A stretch of 60,992 bases of DNA, the filler included. It is 8 parts of 8 records of this genome, joined end to end, with 100 filler letters (N's around TTAATTAATTAA, not from the genome) between each part and the next. Parts side by side here need not be neighbours in the genome. Positions count along the whole stretch, not along the records: positions 11,819 to 30,133 come from SRR20825015_525; positions 30,234 to 35,682 come from SRR20825015_528; positions 35,783 to 38,524 come from SRR20825015_531; positions 38,625 to 40,793 come from SRR20825015_532; 4 more parts are not named here. One strand, given 5' to 3'. The stretch's first letter is position 1; every line of letters starts with the position of its first letter. A program made the position numbers and the translations under genes. Below the pieces are notes generated by a model that was not told where the DNA came from, did no database searches, and saw nothing but the letters and a program-made list of their open reading frames with translations. Positions 28,340 through 40,381 of this stretch are shown here, piece by piece.

Positions 28340-28678
28340 TCAGAGATCCAGCAGCAGGAGCCCCGCAGCGAAACTCCCCGCGCCAGCCGCGGCTCCCACC
28401 AGCAGGTTGCGTCTTGCCAGAAAGAAGACGGCAAAGCCGATTGCTACCGCGCCGAGCCTGAGAATGAGCGGTGTTTCGGCCAGATCACCCGTTGGCAGCA
28501 CGGCCATACGGGATATCAGGCCGGCGACAGTGGCGTAGGACACACAGCCGATCCAACGGAAGAGAGCACCTTCCGTGTCGATCCTGGAAGCCAGCATGGC
28601 GCCGAGCACGCGCCAGAGAAAGGTGACCGAAGCCGCCAGCAGGACCAGCGCAAGCGGGGGGATCGCGGCGGCGTTCAT
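28340..28678 (-). CDS. AzlD-family branched-chain amino acid export protein
   Basis: Small hydrophobic protein (TFLWR.LG, CVSYA.VAGL), ATGA-coupled to azlC. Start ATG 28678. Confidence 0.8.
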   Translation of the reverse strand: MNAAAIPPLALVLLAASVTFLWRVLGAMLASRIDTEGALFRWIGCVSYATVAGLISRMAVLPTGDLAETPLILRLGAVAIGFAVFFLARRNLLVGAAAGAGSFAAGLLLLDL

Positions 28679-29400
28679 CGGCGTTTCCCCAGAATAAGAT
28701 AGGCGATGGTGCCGCCGATCAGGCCTGTCAGGATAACCCCGTAATTTGGCTCGATACTGTGTAGAGGCGGACCCAGAACCGCGCCGGCGCAGACTGCGAG
28801 GATCACCAGGCGGTCCCGGTTGAGCGCGAACAGCAGCGAGAGAAAGATGACATTGAGAAAGACCAGCGTCAGTCTGATGGTTGCCGGCATGTCCGCCGAC
28901 AGCCAGTAACCGGCCAGCGTGCCGATGCATCCCATAATGATGCAGAGCCCTCCGACCGGCCAGTAATAGGCCAGCGCTGAAGGCAAACTCATGCGTTGCG
29001 CTGCCGCCATTCCCATCGGCCAGGTAGAGGCGGACATCAACTGGGCAAGCAGGATCCGTTTTAATGGGTGAGGGGCGACCGACCGAAAGGTGCCGACCAT
29101 GATGGTTGCCATCGGGAAGAACCGGATGCTTGCCATGGATACAGCCAGCAGGGTTACGAACAGATCCGCGCCCGAGGCCTTGAGGTCCGCCATTGCCACC
29201 TGACCGGGCATGGCCCAGACGAGTGCCGTTGAGAGTACTGCCTCGAAAGCGGAAAAGCCGTTGGCATGTGCAAGAGAGCCGTATCCGAGCATGGTTGCGA
29301 AGACGACAATCGACGGAACCGCAAGGCCGTGCCTCACGCCTTCACGGAAGGCTTCTCTGCGATTGGGGCCGTGTTCGATCCCGGATTTTTGCTCGCTCAC
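28675..29400 (-). CDS. AzlC-family permease
   Basis: EAFREGVR, VWAMPGQV, IRFFPM motifs. Confidence 0.85.
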   Translation of the reverse strand: MSEQKSGIEHGPNRREAFREGVRHGLAVPSIVVFATMLGYGSLAHANGFSAFEAVLSTALVWAMPGQVAMADLKASGADLFVTLLAVSMASIRFFPMATIMVGTFRSVAPHPLKRILLAQLMSASTWPMGMAAAQRMSLPSALAYYWPVGGLCIIMGCIGTLAGYWLSADMPATIRLTLVFLNVIFLSLLFALNRDRLVILAVCAGAVLGPPLHSIEPNYGVILTGLIGGTIAYLILGKRR

Positions 29401-29559
29401 AACCGCCTCATACGTTTTAACTCTTCCAGGGAGCGAAATTTGACAGATTGCGTCTGGATTTGGCTATAAAAAGCAGACAGACTGCCGACCTGAAACTGGT
29501 GAAAAAGCATAAAAAACAAATCACCGTCAGATCCGAGCGAGCCATGGGAGGCCGTGTAA

Positions 29560-30133
29560 ATGCATGATGACCGACTGATCGAAGTCGACGATCTTCGGGT
29601 TCACTTTCCGCTTGATGACCAGACGGTCAAGGCGGTTGATGGGGTCTCCTGGCATATTGACCGGGGCGAGACGCTGGCTGTTGTCGGTGAATCGGGGTCC
29701 GGTAAGTCCGTGACGGCGATGTCGCTGATGCGACTGACCGATTACGCCGGCGGGCATATTGCGTCCGGCAAGGTCGATTTCCGGCGCAAGAACGGTGAGG
29801 TGATTGATATCGCCGGTGCCGATCAGGGCACGATGCGAAATATTCGCGGCAACGATATTTCGATGATCTTCCAGGAGCCGATGACCTCTCTCAACCCGGT
29901 CTTCACTATCGGGTTCCAGATCGCCGAGACCATCATGCTGCACCAGGGCAAGAGCGAGCAGGAAGCGCTCGACATGGCTCTGGAGATGCTGAAGCTGGTG
30001 CGTATTCCGGAACCGGAAAAGCAGCTGACCCAGTATCCGCACCAGTTGTCCGGCGGTATGCGTCAGCGGGTGATGATCGCGATGGCGCTGAGCTGCCGTC
30101 CGAGCCTGCTGATCGCCGACGAGCCGACCACCG
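29560..30133 (+). CDS. Dipeptide/oligopeptide ABC ATP-binding protein, 3' truncated
   Basis: GESGSGKS, MIFQEPMTSLNP, YPHQLSGGMRQR. Confidence 0.92.
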
Positions 30134-30671
30134 NNNNNNNNNNNNNNNNNNNNNNNNNNNNNNNNNNNNNNNNNNNNTTAATTAATTAANNNNNNNNNNN
30201 NNNNNNNNNNNNNNNNNNNNNNNNNNNNNNNNNACGTTCATCAAGGTTGTCTCTGTGTGAGACCTAACTTGGGAAGTTCTGTGAAGAGTGTCTGTGTGAT
30301 ATAGTTGAAACGTTTATGTGGAATCACGAGCAGGACGTAGCGTTGTGGAAGTTGAGGTCGTGGAGTGCTAAGGATTGGGAGTACCTGTTTGGAGTCGAGA
30401 GCCCTGTGCTCGCTGTGTCGCCCGTCTTCGATACCTACGACTAGTCATCCAGCGGAGAAGCAAATCAAGAACGTCTTGCGTGCACATTAGAAAGCAAGAA
30501 CAACAGCAAAAATATCAGGAAAAAAAAAACAACAACCACAAAAAGAACAACACTGCAAATCTTGACAGAAGAAAATGATATCAGTGGCCGCTTCAAGAAA
30601 ATTTTCCGTAAGTGGCTTTTCCTCTCCCTCTAAATGCTGTGACAATACGCTAACGTGGATGCAACCCCTTC

Positions 30672-32123
30672 ATGCAGACTGTCCTCGGTGGTGGTATGGC
30701 CGTCGCCAAACGAATTCTCCGAGTCTCGCCGTTTGCTGCTGGATTTGACCATGTCCTTCCAGCACACCGCTTGGACTCCAGGAAAGCAATCCAAGTAGAA
30801 GCTCGAGAGCCACACTTTGGGGCAAGCCTCCACTTCCAAGACTGCGCCGAAAGAAAGGCTTTCAGCCCCCACAGCAGTTCCCAGTGCGAACAGCCCATCG
30901 TGTCCGCCAAGGTTGTGAGCGGAGAGAAAGTACTTGTTCAGTGGGAAGATGGTGCGCTTGGAGAGTTTCACTCCCTTTGGCTTCGCGATTGCTGCCGATG
31001 CTCACAATGCTTCCACCCTCAAGCGCTGGAGCGAGTAGTTGACACTGTCAACATCCCCCTGGACGTCCATCCCGTCAACCTGTCCATCAACGAAGATGGA
31101 TTCCTCTCCATCACCTGGGATCGTGGTCAGAACTACCACACTAGCACCTTTGATGCCGATTGGCTTCGCGACAACTGTTACTCCTTTGTCAGAGTGTCTG
31201 ACGAGCAGGCCGTTCAGGACGCGCTGAGTGGTAAGGTGGATCCTATTCCGTGGGGATCTGAGATCGGATCCAACCTCCCAAAGCTCCGATGGGACAACAT
31301 CATGGAGGATGACAAGGGATTGTTGTCTTTCGTCACAACTGTGCAGCGGTACGGGTTCGCCGTCCTTGAAAACGTCCCCATAGAGTCTGGGAATAGTGTC
31401 AAGCTCGCCAAACGTATTGGCTTCCCGAGAGAGACCTTCTGGGGAACTGACTGGGCCGTGAAGTCGGAAATTCAACCAGCCAACCTTTCCCTCACGGGCG
31501 CCCCTCTCCACGGACACACAGACTTTTCCTGGAGCAAACAGCCGCCTGGACTTCAGTTCCTGCACTGCCTCAAGTTTGATGGTGGTCCCGAGGTCGGAGG
31601 CGAGTCCACTTTGATGGATGGGAAGAAAGTGTGCGACGTGTTGAAGCGCGAGAGGCCGGATTACTTCCACCTGTTGGCCACTGTCCCAATCTCCTTCCAG
31701 TTTGCTTCTGCTGATCTGCTCTACGAGCACTCAGCTCCCATGATTGAAGTCGATTCTTCCGGAAATGTTGTGGGAGTGCGTCATAATCACGCCAACCGAG
31801 GGCCCATCAACGCACCCGGCCACTTGATGAAGGACATGTACGCTGCCATTCAGTACTTCTCTCTGCTTCTCCGTGATGCCAGATACGAACTGCGCTTCAG
31901 GTTGCAAGCGGGAGATCTCCTGGTCTTTGACAATAAGAGGCTTCTTCACGGGAGATGTGGCTACGATCCCACCCAGACGTCGCGGCATCTGGAAGGTTGC
32001 TATGTTGACATTGACGAGTTTGAATCCGTGTCAAGAGTCGTCCAGTCTCGTATCGCCAACCGCAGTAGCCAGAAGGTCCAAGGCCTTCCAGCTATTGATG
32101 GGGCTGTGCCCACCCTGCGGTAG
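30672..32123 (+). CDS. Gamma-butyrobetaine/trimethyllysine dioxygenase-like Fe(II)/2OG enzyme (TauD family), eukaryotic
   Basis: WLRDCCRCSQCFH (GBBH N-terminal Zn site), HTD, FDN.RLLHGR. Start uncertain (30672 or 30696). Confidence 0.88.
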   Translation: MQTVLGGGMAVAKRILRVSPFAAGFDHVLPAHRLDSRKAIQVEAREPHFGASLHFQDCAERKAFSPHSSSQCEQPIVSAKVVSGEKVLVQWEDGALGEFHSLWLRDCCRCSQCFHPQALERVVDTVNIPLDVHPVNLSINEDGFLSITWDRGQNYHTSTFDADWLRDNCYSFVRVSDEQAVQDALSGKVDPIPWGSEIGSNLPKLRWDNIMEDDKGLLSFVTTVQRYGFAVLENVPIESGNSVKLAKRIGFPRETFWGTDWAVKSEIQPANLSLTGAPLHGHTDFSWSKQPPGLQFLHCLKFDGGPEVGGESTLMDGKKVCDVLKRERPDYFHLLATVPISFQFASADLLYEHSAPMIEVDSSGNVVGVRHNHANRGPINAPGHLMKDMYAAIQYFSLLLRDARYELRFRLQAGDLLVFDNKRLLHGRCGYDPTQTSRHLEGCYVDIDEFESVSRVVQSRIANRSSQKVQGLPAIDGAVPTLR

Positions 32124-32274
32124 GGTTGGGACGCATGACGCGCGGGGGAGTGAATAAACTTGACCTCACAAACACCTGCTTTCGGTTTCTGTTGTTGACT
32201 GAAGAATTTATTCAAACTTTACGAAAATCAGATATTGAGAGACTATTCTATGCAGGGCTGAGCCGCTTCTCTTT

Positions 32275-33141
32275 CTACTCGTCATAGACATTAGGTCCCT
32301 CGTAGTGAATAACCTCGCCCTTAGCCAACCTCATCTCGATCAGAGAAGTAGGGAATTCATCCGTGTCTCCGAGCTCGAGAAAGCCAACAATCCTGTCATT
32401 GTTCACACCATCGATGAACATGGGGATGCAGGGAAGGGTTCGGATCTAATTGAATACTGTGTTAGAAAAACAATATGCGTTTTTTCTTTGTGTGTTGTCG
32501 ACGTCTTACCCCAAGCTTCTCAACGAAAAACGGGGCTTTGTCGGCATCGATCTTGAGGAAGCGAGTCTCCAGATGCTTCTTGGCAAGTTTGGACAGGTGC
32601 ATGTCAACAATCTTGCAGCGTTCAAAGTCACGATGGTAAAAGTGGACAACGGCGCGTTCACTTCCAGTCACGGACTTGAGAAACTCGTCTTGCTTGATTT
32701 CACTGTAAGAACAAAAGAATGAGCATGAGAATTTGATGTCAACTGGCGAGGAAGTGATATGTGAAACCGCAGATCGACTCACGTATATTCGCCATGACCC
32801 TTAGCCTTCCACTCAGCCTTCTTGTCGTGGGCACGCTTCATTTGCTCCAGTCGAGCTTGTCGGAGCCGAGCGAATTCGAGGTCTTCATCGTCATCGAAGA
32901 GAGGGTCGTCCTCCTCATGGTCAGACATCTCCTTTTCTTCCTTCTCTCTCTCAATCTCCTCTTTGGATTTGGATTGAGAGAACATGGGTCCCTTGTACGA
33001 CGTATCCTTGGCGGGGCCGATGGACTCGCCGTTGACCATTTTCTTGGCCACGTCACGAAGGACGGCATCCTGGACCACAGACTGGGCAGCTTGCGATAGG
33101 AGGTTCTTATCCTTTCCTTGGAGTTTGGTTCTGTCTTGCAT
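32275..33141 (-). CDS. Phosducin-like protein 3 / TXNDC9, three exons (33141-32783, 32702-32510, 32445-32275)
   Basis: GT-AG introns 32703-32782 and 32446-32509 join GHGEYT|EIKQDEFL...VHFY..FERCKIVD.HL..LA.KH.ETRF.KIDA.KAPF.VEKLG|IRTLPC...DRIVGF.ELG in frame. Confidence 0.9.
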
Positions 33142-33531
33142 TGCTCTTGATTTGAATTTTTGTTGTCGGTCGTGGGTTGTTGGTTGCAGGTTGCTGTTGC
33201 GTCAACCTTGGTCTGCGTTTGGGGTCAAACTTGCATTAGCGATTTTTGACTCACAAAGACATTTTTGGCGCGAAGTAGCGGTTATTTTTGTCACGTGACT
33301 ATTAGTTTTTTCTTTCGACCAATGAGGAGCCACCATGTAACAGTAAAATACCTTGAAGTCTAATGGTCTTCACGGACTCGGGCGGTGTGTGTCATGCCCA
33401 CATCAAGTATGGGGAATGCAAGCGACGGCAAACGTGTCCATACAGCCACCCTCCACTGGTATGAGCGCCCAGACACACAGTTACCAACAGTGTTGATGCT
33501 TTCGTCCTCAAAATTCACTTTGCAGAATGCC

Positions 33532-35066
33532 ATGGCGTCTCAGAGTGCTCCCATGTACTATCCCCAAGATGCAGCGGCATACGGTAGGATATGGTTTGAG
33601 AAAGCGTGTGAAGGAATACAGACTCACTAACACTACGTAACATCCAGGGTACCAGCAGATGCCGGGACCAGGTAGAGCCACCCTTCTAAGTGGCACTTTC
33701 AAACAAAACCACTCGTCTACCACGCGTATCCACTAACACCGGCTCCCTTCATTCGCCCTCACCAACACACACCACAACCGATCCACAACCTCAAGTCTGC
33801 AAGTTTGGTTCTTCGTGTAAGTACGGTCCCGGCCAATGTGCTTACTTCCATCCAGAGGCTATGGCATATGCAGACTCCATGTACCAAGCCCAGGTCCAGG
33901 CTCAGCAACAGGCACAGGTTCAAATGATGATGGGCATGGGCATGAGCATGGGCTATACTGGTGGTTACGCATATCATCAGGATCCAGCATTGCAGCATTC
34001 ACACAACCTTGCGAGAGGAGAAGACATGGTCGTGTCTGAGGCTTCTGAACAAGCAGCGCTGGTGGAAGTCCTTGACTATGACGAACAACCACAACTACAG
34101 TCGCCGATCCCTGGGACACATCACGATCCTGAGATTGTTGGCCGTGAGCCAGTGCCCACGAGTGTTAATGAACGTAAGAAGACAGGAGGCAGCGCTTATC
34201 CAAATGTTCAACAAGGGTCAGAGGGGAACGACACCTCTCATCCAGAACAGAGGTATACACAGAATGAAGGAATTGCTTCTCAACGAAACCAGCGCCAAGG
34301 CGACACCACCCACACACTCGTGCAACCTAAGCAATCACCACGCCGGGGAGGAAGCAGAGGCAACAATGGCTCTGCACAAGAGGATAGAATGAGTGATGAA
34401 AATGGTGGGATGAGTGTGGAGCAGAAACAGCAGAGGCGTACTCACCAGTCTACGCACCGACAAGAAGATGGGCAGCGACAGGGACGGAAGGACCGGGAGG
34501 AGACACGACACCCACGACCAGAACAAGCACACGAATCACGAGAAAAGTACCAACACAAACCGGGACCAGACCAATGGGAAAGGCGATCCTCTGGTCGGTC
34601 GGTAGGTCCCACTCGCCGTCTGGACTACTGGACTCGAGACCAACACTGGCACCGCCACAAGTCGACCTCGTCCGACACTCATGGTGGTGGTGGCAACTGG
34701 AAGCTTGCCAATCGACAAACACCAAAACATTCTCGAGGCGGCAGTGGTGTGGGACAGCGGTCGGGTAGCGAACCTGTAGTTCTCACTGAGGAGAATTCGA
34801 ATACGTCCAAAAGTGAGAGCGGAAGTGTCAACGGTACACATGATCGGTCAACACCACCACCATCATCTTCGCGGGCTTCCCCCAAGCAGCCACCTCAAGA
34901 AGGAAAAGATGACGTCCTGGCGGCAGAGGAAAAGGACCGTGCGATCATGGCAGCCCAGGAAGCCGAAAGAGAGAAAGCCAGGCGTGCTAAAGGAAGCAAG
35001 TTTGCCAGTCCTCTGCACAGTAGCAGAGGATCTAGCCGAGGAGGCAACCGATCTCGTGGGCGTTAG
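33532..35066 (+). CDS. Eukaryotic low-complexity protein with one CCCH-type zinc finger; predicted exons 33532-33583, 33648-33671, 33796-35066
   Basis: CKFGSSCKYGPGQCAYFHP; two GT-AG introns, each with a CACTAAC branch point; Q/R/S-rich tail. Confidence 0.6.
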
Positions 35067-35250
35067 TGTCTCTCCGTTTGGCTCTCTTTGTCTGTCTCTT
35101 TGTATGACTTTGTTTGTTTGTCTCTTTGTCTGTCTCTTGTCTGTCTCTTTGTTTGCCTTTGTCGGTTTCTTCATCTCTCTTGGTCTGTCTTTTTCTGTCC
35201 CTTTATCTCTTTTTTGTCTGTCACTTTATCTCTCTCTCTGTTTGTATCTA
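35067..35250. repeat. Pyrimidine-rich low-complexity tract (TCTCT/TTTG units)
   Basis: Visible simple-sequence repeats between convergent eukaryotic genes. Confidence 0.7.
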
Positions 35251-35782
35251 TGATGGCAACCTCCCTTCCCCGACTCCATAAAATACAGTATGAATCAACA
35301 AAACCAACAAGAATGTTGAACTGTTTTGTTCATGAATGTTCTTGATCTATTTATTGGATAGTTCCCTCCGCCAAGCACGAATTTGGCGTTGTTCACCTAC
35401 AATATTACTATTGAGAGATAGTGTGGCACTTCACTCCTCGGAGGGGCGCTCCCTGGGAGTGGGGGTACTGGGACGGGTACGAGAATTTTCTGGGCGTCCT
35501 TGCGGTCTCGCCCCACGACTTTGAGGTCTGCCTTCCTCATGGGGTCTCTCCTCTGGTCTAGACGGAGGCTGGGGACGAGATACTCTCCTAGAGGCTCCTC
35601 TCGTTCGTTCCCTGACCTCAGGGAGCGGTGGCTCCTGAGGCTTGGGCTCCGGGATGGGAGTGGGAGTGGGAGTGGGAGTGGGNNNNNNNNNNNNNNNNNN
35701 NNNNNNNNNNNNNNNNNNNNNNNNNNTTAATTAATTAANNNNNNNNNNNNNNNNNNNNNNNNNNNNNNNNNNNNNNNNNNNN

Positions 35783-38373
35783 TTGCAAATCTCTGGGATC
35801 TCGCTTATCTTGTTGTTACCGACATTCAACACAGTGAGACTGGTCAGGTTGCCCAGACAGTGTGGGAGACGGATCAGATTGTTCCGACTAACGTCCAGAA
35901 ACTCTAACTTGGATAGCGTACACACTTGGTCTGGGATGGAGGTCAAGTTGGTGTGGGCGGCACGCATTGTAGTGAGGTGAGAGAGTAGATTGAGTGTGGG
36001 ATCGAGGCGGTCGATGGGGTTGTTGTGGATGTCGAGGATAGAGAGTGTGTCGATGATGCTGTGCTCAAGCTCGAATGGAGGCAGGCCAGTGAGGTGGTTG
36101 TTGTCCAACACCAAATCTTTCAGTCGGAGGTGGTAAAGCGCGGACGGAATTTCCACCAAGTTGTTGTGACGCACCGTCAAAACTTCAATGTTTTTCAGCT
36201 TGTGCATATCTCCAGGAAGATGAGAGATTTTGTTGTGCGATAACTGCAGTACACGCAGCGCCTCTAGCGACACCAAAGACTTGGGCAGTCCGTCGTCACT
36301 CAGACGGTTACTCGAGGCCTCGAGAACTTGCAGAGTCGAGATTGACGACGACAGGTCGGGGAGTGTCCCCATCGAGTTGAAATTGATGGAGAGTCGCGTG
36401 AGCGCCGGCCATACTGGTGTATTGGGAAGGCGGGACAATTTGTTCTGAGAGACATCCAACACCTCGAGCGTTGGGTGGCGAGAGAGGAACACCGGAAGTT
36501 GCGTTAGACTGTTACGGCTAAAGTCACCTATCACTAAGTTTAGGCGACCCTCCTCGCACTCGGGCAAAACCTCCAATTTGTTGTTGGAAGCGTGGAATGC
36601 GGTGAGCTGCGAACACGAACAGACTCTACTTGACATCTCCGAGATGTAGTTGTTATCGACTTTGAGAGTTTGCAACGACGTTGGAAGGGGGGCGTGTAGA
36701 CTCTGCATGTAAGCATCTGTAGCCAGCAAAGTGTGAAGGGAAGAAAGCTTGGACAACTCATCAGGTAACGACTTAATCCGGGTAAACGAAACGTCCAATC
36801 TCTCGAGCAGTTTCACTTCACCCAACCAATCGGGTAGTTTGCTAATGGCATTGTGTGCCAAATTCAACTCTCGAAGCCGCGACAGCGTTCGGACGAACGG
36901 AGGGACGTTTTCCAACTCGTTCCGGCTCAGATCGACTCGTTTGATCCTCTTCAAGTCCGGCACGACAATGTTGGGGGACTTTAGCCGGTTGGAGGAGAGG
37001 TCCAAACTCTCCCATCCGTCTCCCGAGTTGACCGCCATGGATGACGTGACGCTGGTGATGGTGCGCTGGGTCTCCTCGAAGGTCTCATCGGTCAGCTCTT
37101 GCCCACCCAACATAATCTCACCCGTCTTCGGGCTGATGTTGCGACCAACCACCCCCTGCTCGACGTGCGCTGCGACTGTAACGTCAATCTCCGGAATGAG
37201 ACCCAACACTTCCGCGATCGACACGTAAGGGACGTTGGGCGGTCGATGCATCACCACAACCTCCACCTCGAACTCATCCTTGTCTTTCTGTTTTCTCCAC
37301 CGCGATTTGTCGCCATCCTTCGACTTGCCGCGGGTAGGACCACGGCTGCTGTCAGAGAAGACGTCCGAGTTTAACGAATTTGCGAACAGCTCGATTGTGT
37401 AGCGCGTGTGACTGCCGTCCTCACTCGGATGACCTTCAATGTTCTCGCGCAATAGCGATTCGTACACTTTCGTCACTTCGTAACGCCCATCTTTCCCACA
37501 CAAAACGTACGTTAGTGTGCCGTGAGCGAGATCCTTCACGTCCTCTCGCTCTTTCTTCCCTCCAAACATTCTCCTTCTGTCAAAACCCTTTGCGGCAGCA
37601 ACAGGCACAGCTGTCAAAGGTGTATTCGGATGCTTCTCAGACTGTTTCTTCTTTCGCACTTTCACCAACACGTCCACGTCCATGAGCATGCAATGATCGT
37701 ACGGAAACACACACACATGCCGCAGAACCGTATTCCACGGTGGACGGCCAATACTGTCAGTCAAACCCCCTTTCACGCCCCGAAGTTGCCATTGGTTCTG
37801 CAACGACCGAACCAACTTCGCGGCTTGCACTGATCCTTTAGACGCCTTCAACATCTCGGAATCACAACGAGGCTCCTGACTCACCGCTGACTCTTCGAGA
37901 GGTGACAATCCGAACAAGTGACAAGCTTCAGCTTTTCGTTGGCGCAGTTGACAAGACACTCTCTGATCGGCCACTTGTCGTTGTTGTCGATGCGTCGGCT
38001 TCAGTGCATACGCAGGAGCGACCATCATCGTCATCTCAAGGGCCACAAACGAGTCTGCGACTGTAGTGAAGCGAAACGACGTTTTGTCGCTACTCGGAAT
38101 CTTTCCTTGCGAGACGTGGACGCGCGGTTGCACCAACCGGTGCAATGATGGGCCATACACCTTTTCTGCACCCTTCACATCCGATGGCGACAGTTGAAAA
38201 TACCGCCGCTGCGACCCCCCGCACCACCAGTAAGACATCACTGAATCCCTATCAAAATCTGCGGTTGTTGTGGCATTGGCGGCATTCGGTAATGTTACGT
38301 CCTCATTCTCGAAGGGAGAAAAAGCGTTTTCAATGCCCTTTTCATCCGAGTCGTCGTCCGTATCAGCGGTCAC
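35783..38373 (-). CDS. Leucine-rich repeat protein (probably eukaryotic), 3' truncated
   Basis: Long run of LxxLxLxxNxLxxLP repeats after a ~450-aa unrecognised N-terminal region; GT-rich simple repeat upstream. Confidence 0.85.
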
Positions 38374-38624
38374 TTTCCCAACTATTTCAATGTGAAGGAG
38401 ATCTTCTTGACAATCCTTCGATACCGCAGCTGTAACACACGCGTGAGGATGTTGGATGTTTTAGATGTTTCAGTTTGTGTTTGTGTTTGTGTACTTGTGT
38501 TTGCGTTTGTCTTTTTGTGTGTGCNNNNNNNNNNNNNNNNNNNNNNNNNNNNNNNNNNNNNNNNNNNNTTAATTAATTAANNNNNNNNNNNNNNNNNNNN
38601 NNNNNNNNNNNNNNNNNNNNNNNN

Positions 38625-39176
38625 GACGTCGACAGCCTCGTCGCCGATCTGACCCGCGACCATCCCGGGATCGACCTGCTGATCAACAACGCCGGGGTGC
38701 AGGTGGAGATGGACCTCTTTGCCCTGCCCCCGGCGCAAGCCACCGAATTCGCCCGGCACGAGATCGCCACCAACCTCGACTCGGTCGTCGCCCTGACGCT
38801 GGGCCTGCTGCCAATCCTCGCCCGGCAGGAACGGGCGGCCATCGTCACCATCACCTCGGGCCTCGCCATCGCGCCCAAGGCCGCCTCGCCGGTCTATGGC
38901 GCGACCAAGGCGGCGGCGCGCTCCTTCACCCGGGCGCTGCGCTATCAATGCCAGCGCGCCGCGCCCCATCTGCAGGTGAGCGAGGCGATCATGTCGCTGG
39001 TCGCCACCGACATGACCGAGGGGCGCGGATCGGGCAAGATCACCCCGGCGCAGGCCGCCGACGCGGTGCTGGCGGGGCTGGAGCGGGGACAGGCCGAGAT
39101 CTGGGTCGGCAAGGCCAGGCTGCTGCGCCTCGTCAACCGGCTGTCGCCGGGGCTGGCCGCGCGCCTGCTCCGATAG
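38625..39176 (+). CDS. Short-chain dehydrogenase/reductase, 5' truncated
   Basis: LLINNAG, SGLAIAP, YGATKAA catalytic motif. Confidence 0.88.
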   Translation, partial: DVDSLVADLTRDHPGIDLLINNAGVQVEMDLFALPPAQATEFARHEIATNLDSVVALTLGLLPILARQERAAIVTITSGLAIAPKAASPVYGATKAAARSFTRALRYQCQRAAPHLQVSEAIMSLVATDMTEGRGSGKITPAQAADAVLAGLERGQAEIWVGKARLLRLVNRLSPGLAARLLR

Positions 39177-39241
39177 CGCCGGGGCCGCACTGGACAAGCG
39201 CCGGACCGCATCCTAGCCTCGGCCCGGCAACGGAGGATGCG

Positions 39242-40381
39242 ATGGCCCCTGAGGTGATGCGCGTGGCCGAGACCCCGGCCGACGACCCGCAGGCGGCGGC
39301 AACGCTGGCGCGGTCGCTGGGTCCCGGCCCCTTCGCGCTGGTGGTGGTCTTCGTCTCGCCCCGCGCGCCGGAACGCGAGCGTCTGGTGCGCGCCCTCTCC
39401 CGCGACCTGGCCCCGGCCCCGGTCATTGGCTGCACCACCGCGGGCGAGATCGCGGCGCAGGGCTATGCCGAGGGGATGATCGTCGCCGCCGCCTTCCCCG
39501 CCGCCCATTTCGCCGCCGAACCGCTGCTGATCCCGGATCTGTCGTCGCTCGACGCGCAGGCGGTGATCGGCGACCTGATCCGCGCCCGGGGGGCGCTGGC
39601 CCGCAGCCGCCCGGATTGGGAGCATGAATTCGTCTATCTGCTGGTCGACGGCCTGTCGGCAAAGGAGGACGAACTCGCCTCGCTCCTCTCCCCCGGCCTG
39701 GGGGCCACGCCCCTGTTCGGCGGCTCGGCGGCCGATGGCACCCGGTTTCTGGAGACCTTCGTCTTCCACGGCGGCAAGGCCTTGCGCAACGCCGCCGTGG
39801 TGACGATCCTGCGCACCGATTGTCCGGTCAAGGTCTTCAAATTCGACCATTTCCGCCCGACCGACACCCGCATGGTGGTCACCCGCGCCGATCCCGCCCG
39901 CCGCACCGTTCAGGCGATCAACGCCGAACCCGCCGCCCGCGAATATGCCCGCCTGCTGGGCAAGGATCCGGGCCAGCTGACCCCCTTCACCTTTGCCGCC
40001 CATCCGGTCGTGGTGCGCGTCGGCGGGCGCCACCATGTCCGCTCGATCCGGCAGGTGGACGAGAACGGCGATCTGATCTTCTATTCCGCCATCGACGAGG
40101 GGCTAGTGCTGACGCTGGCCGAACCCCTCGACATGGCGGATCATCTGGCGGGCGCGCTGGCCGGGCTCACCGGCGCCCAACGCCCCGCCGCGATCCTCGC
40201 CTGTGATTGCGTGCTGCGCCGGATGGAGGCGCAGGAAAAGCAGCTCACCGGCCGCATCTCGACCCTCTTGCGCGACTATGGCGTGACGGGCTTTTCCACC
40301 TATGGCGAGCAGCTGAACGCCATGCATGTGAACCAGACCCTGACCGGCGTCGCCCTCTATCCTCCCGGGGCGGCCCCGTGA
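39242..40381 (+). CDS. FIST-domain sensor protein (NosP-like)
   Basis: IGCTTAGEI, LFGGSAAD, CDC.LRR, GFSTYGEQ...HVNQT. ATG 39242 after GGAGG. Confidence 0.88.
   Translation: MAPEVMRVAETPADDPQAAATLARSLGPGPFALVVVFVSPRAPERERLVRALSRDLAPAPVIGCTTAGEIAAQGYAEGMIVAAAFPAAHFAAEPLLIPDLSSLDAQAVIGDLIRARGALARSRPDWEHEFVYLLVDGLSAKEDELASLLSPGLGATPLFGGSAADGTRFLETFVFHGGKALRNAAVVTILRTDCPVKVFKFDHFRPTDTRMVVTRADPARRTVQAINAEPAAREYARLLGKDPGQLTPFTFAAHPVVVRVGGRHHVRSIRQVDENGDLIFYSAIDEGLVLTLAEPLDMADHLAGALAGLTGAQRPAAILACDCVLRRMEAQEKQLTGRISTLLRDYGVTGFSTYGEQLNAMHVNQTLTGVALYPPGAAP

Noticed and set aside
35346-35682. 3' end of a minus-strand eukaryotic gene with GGGAGT hexamer repeats
   Set aside because: Probably coding, but the frame is ambiguous, low-complexity and cut by the contig end.
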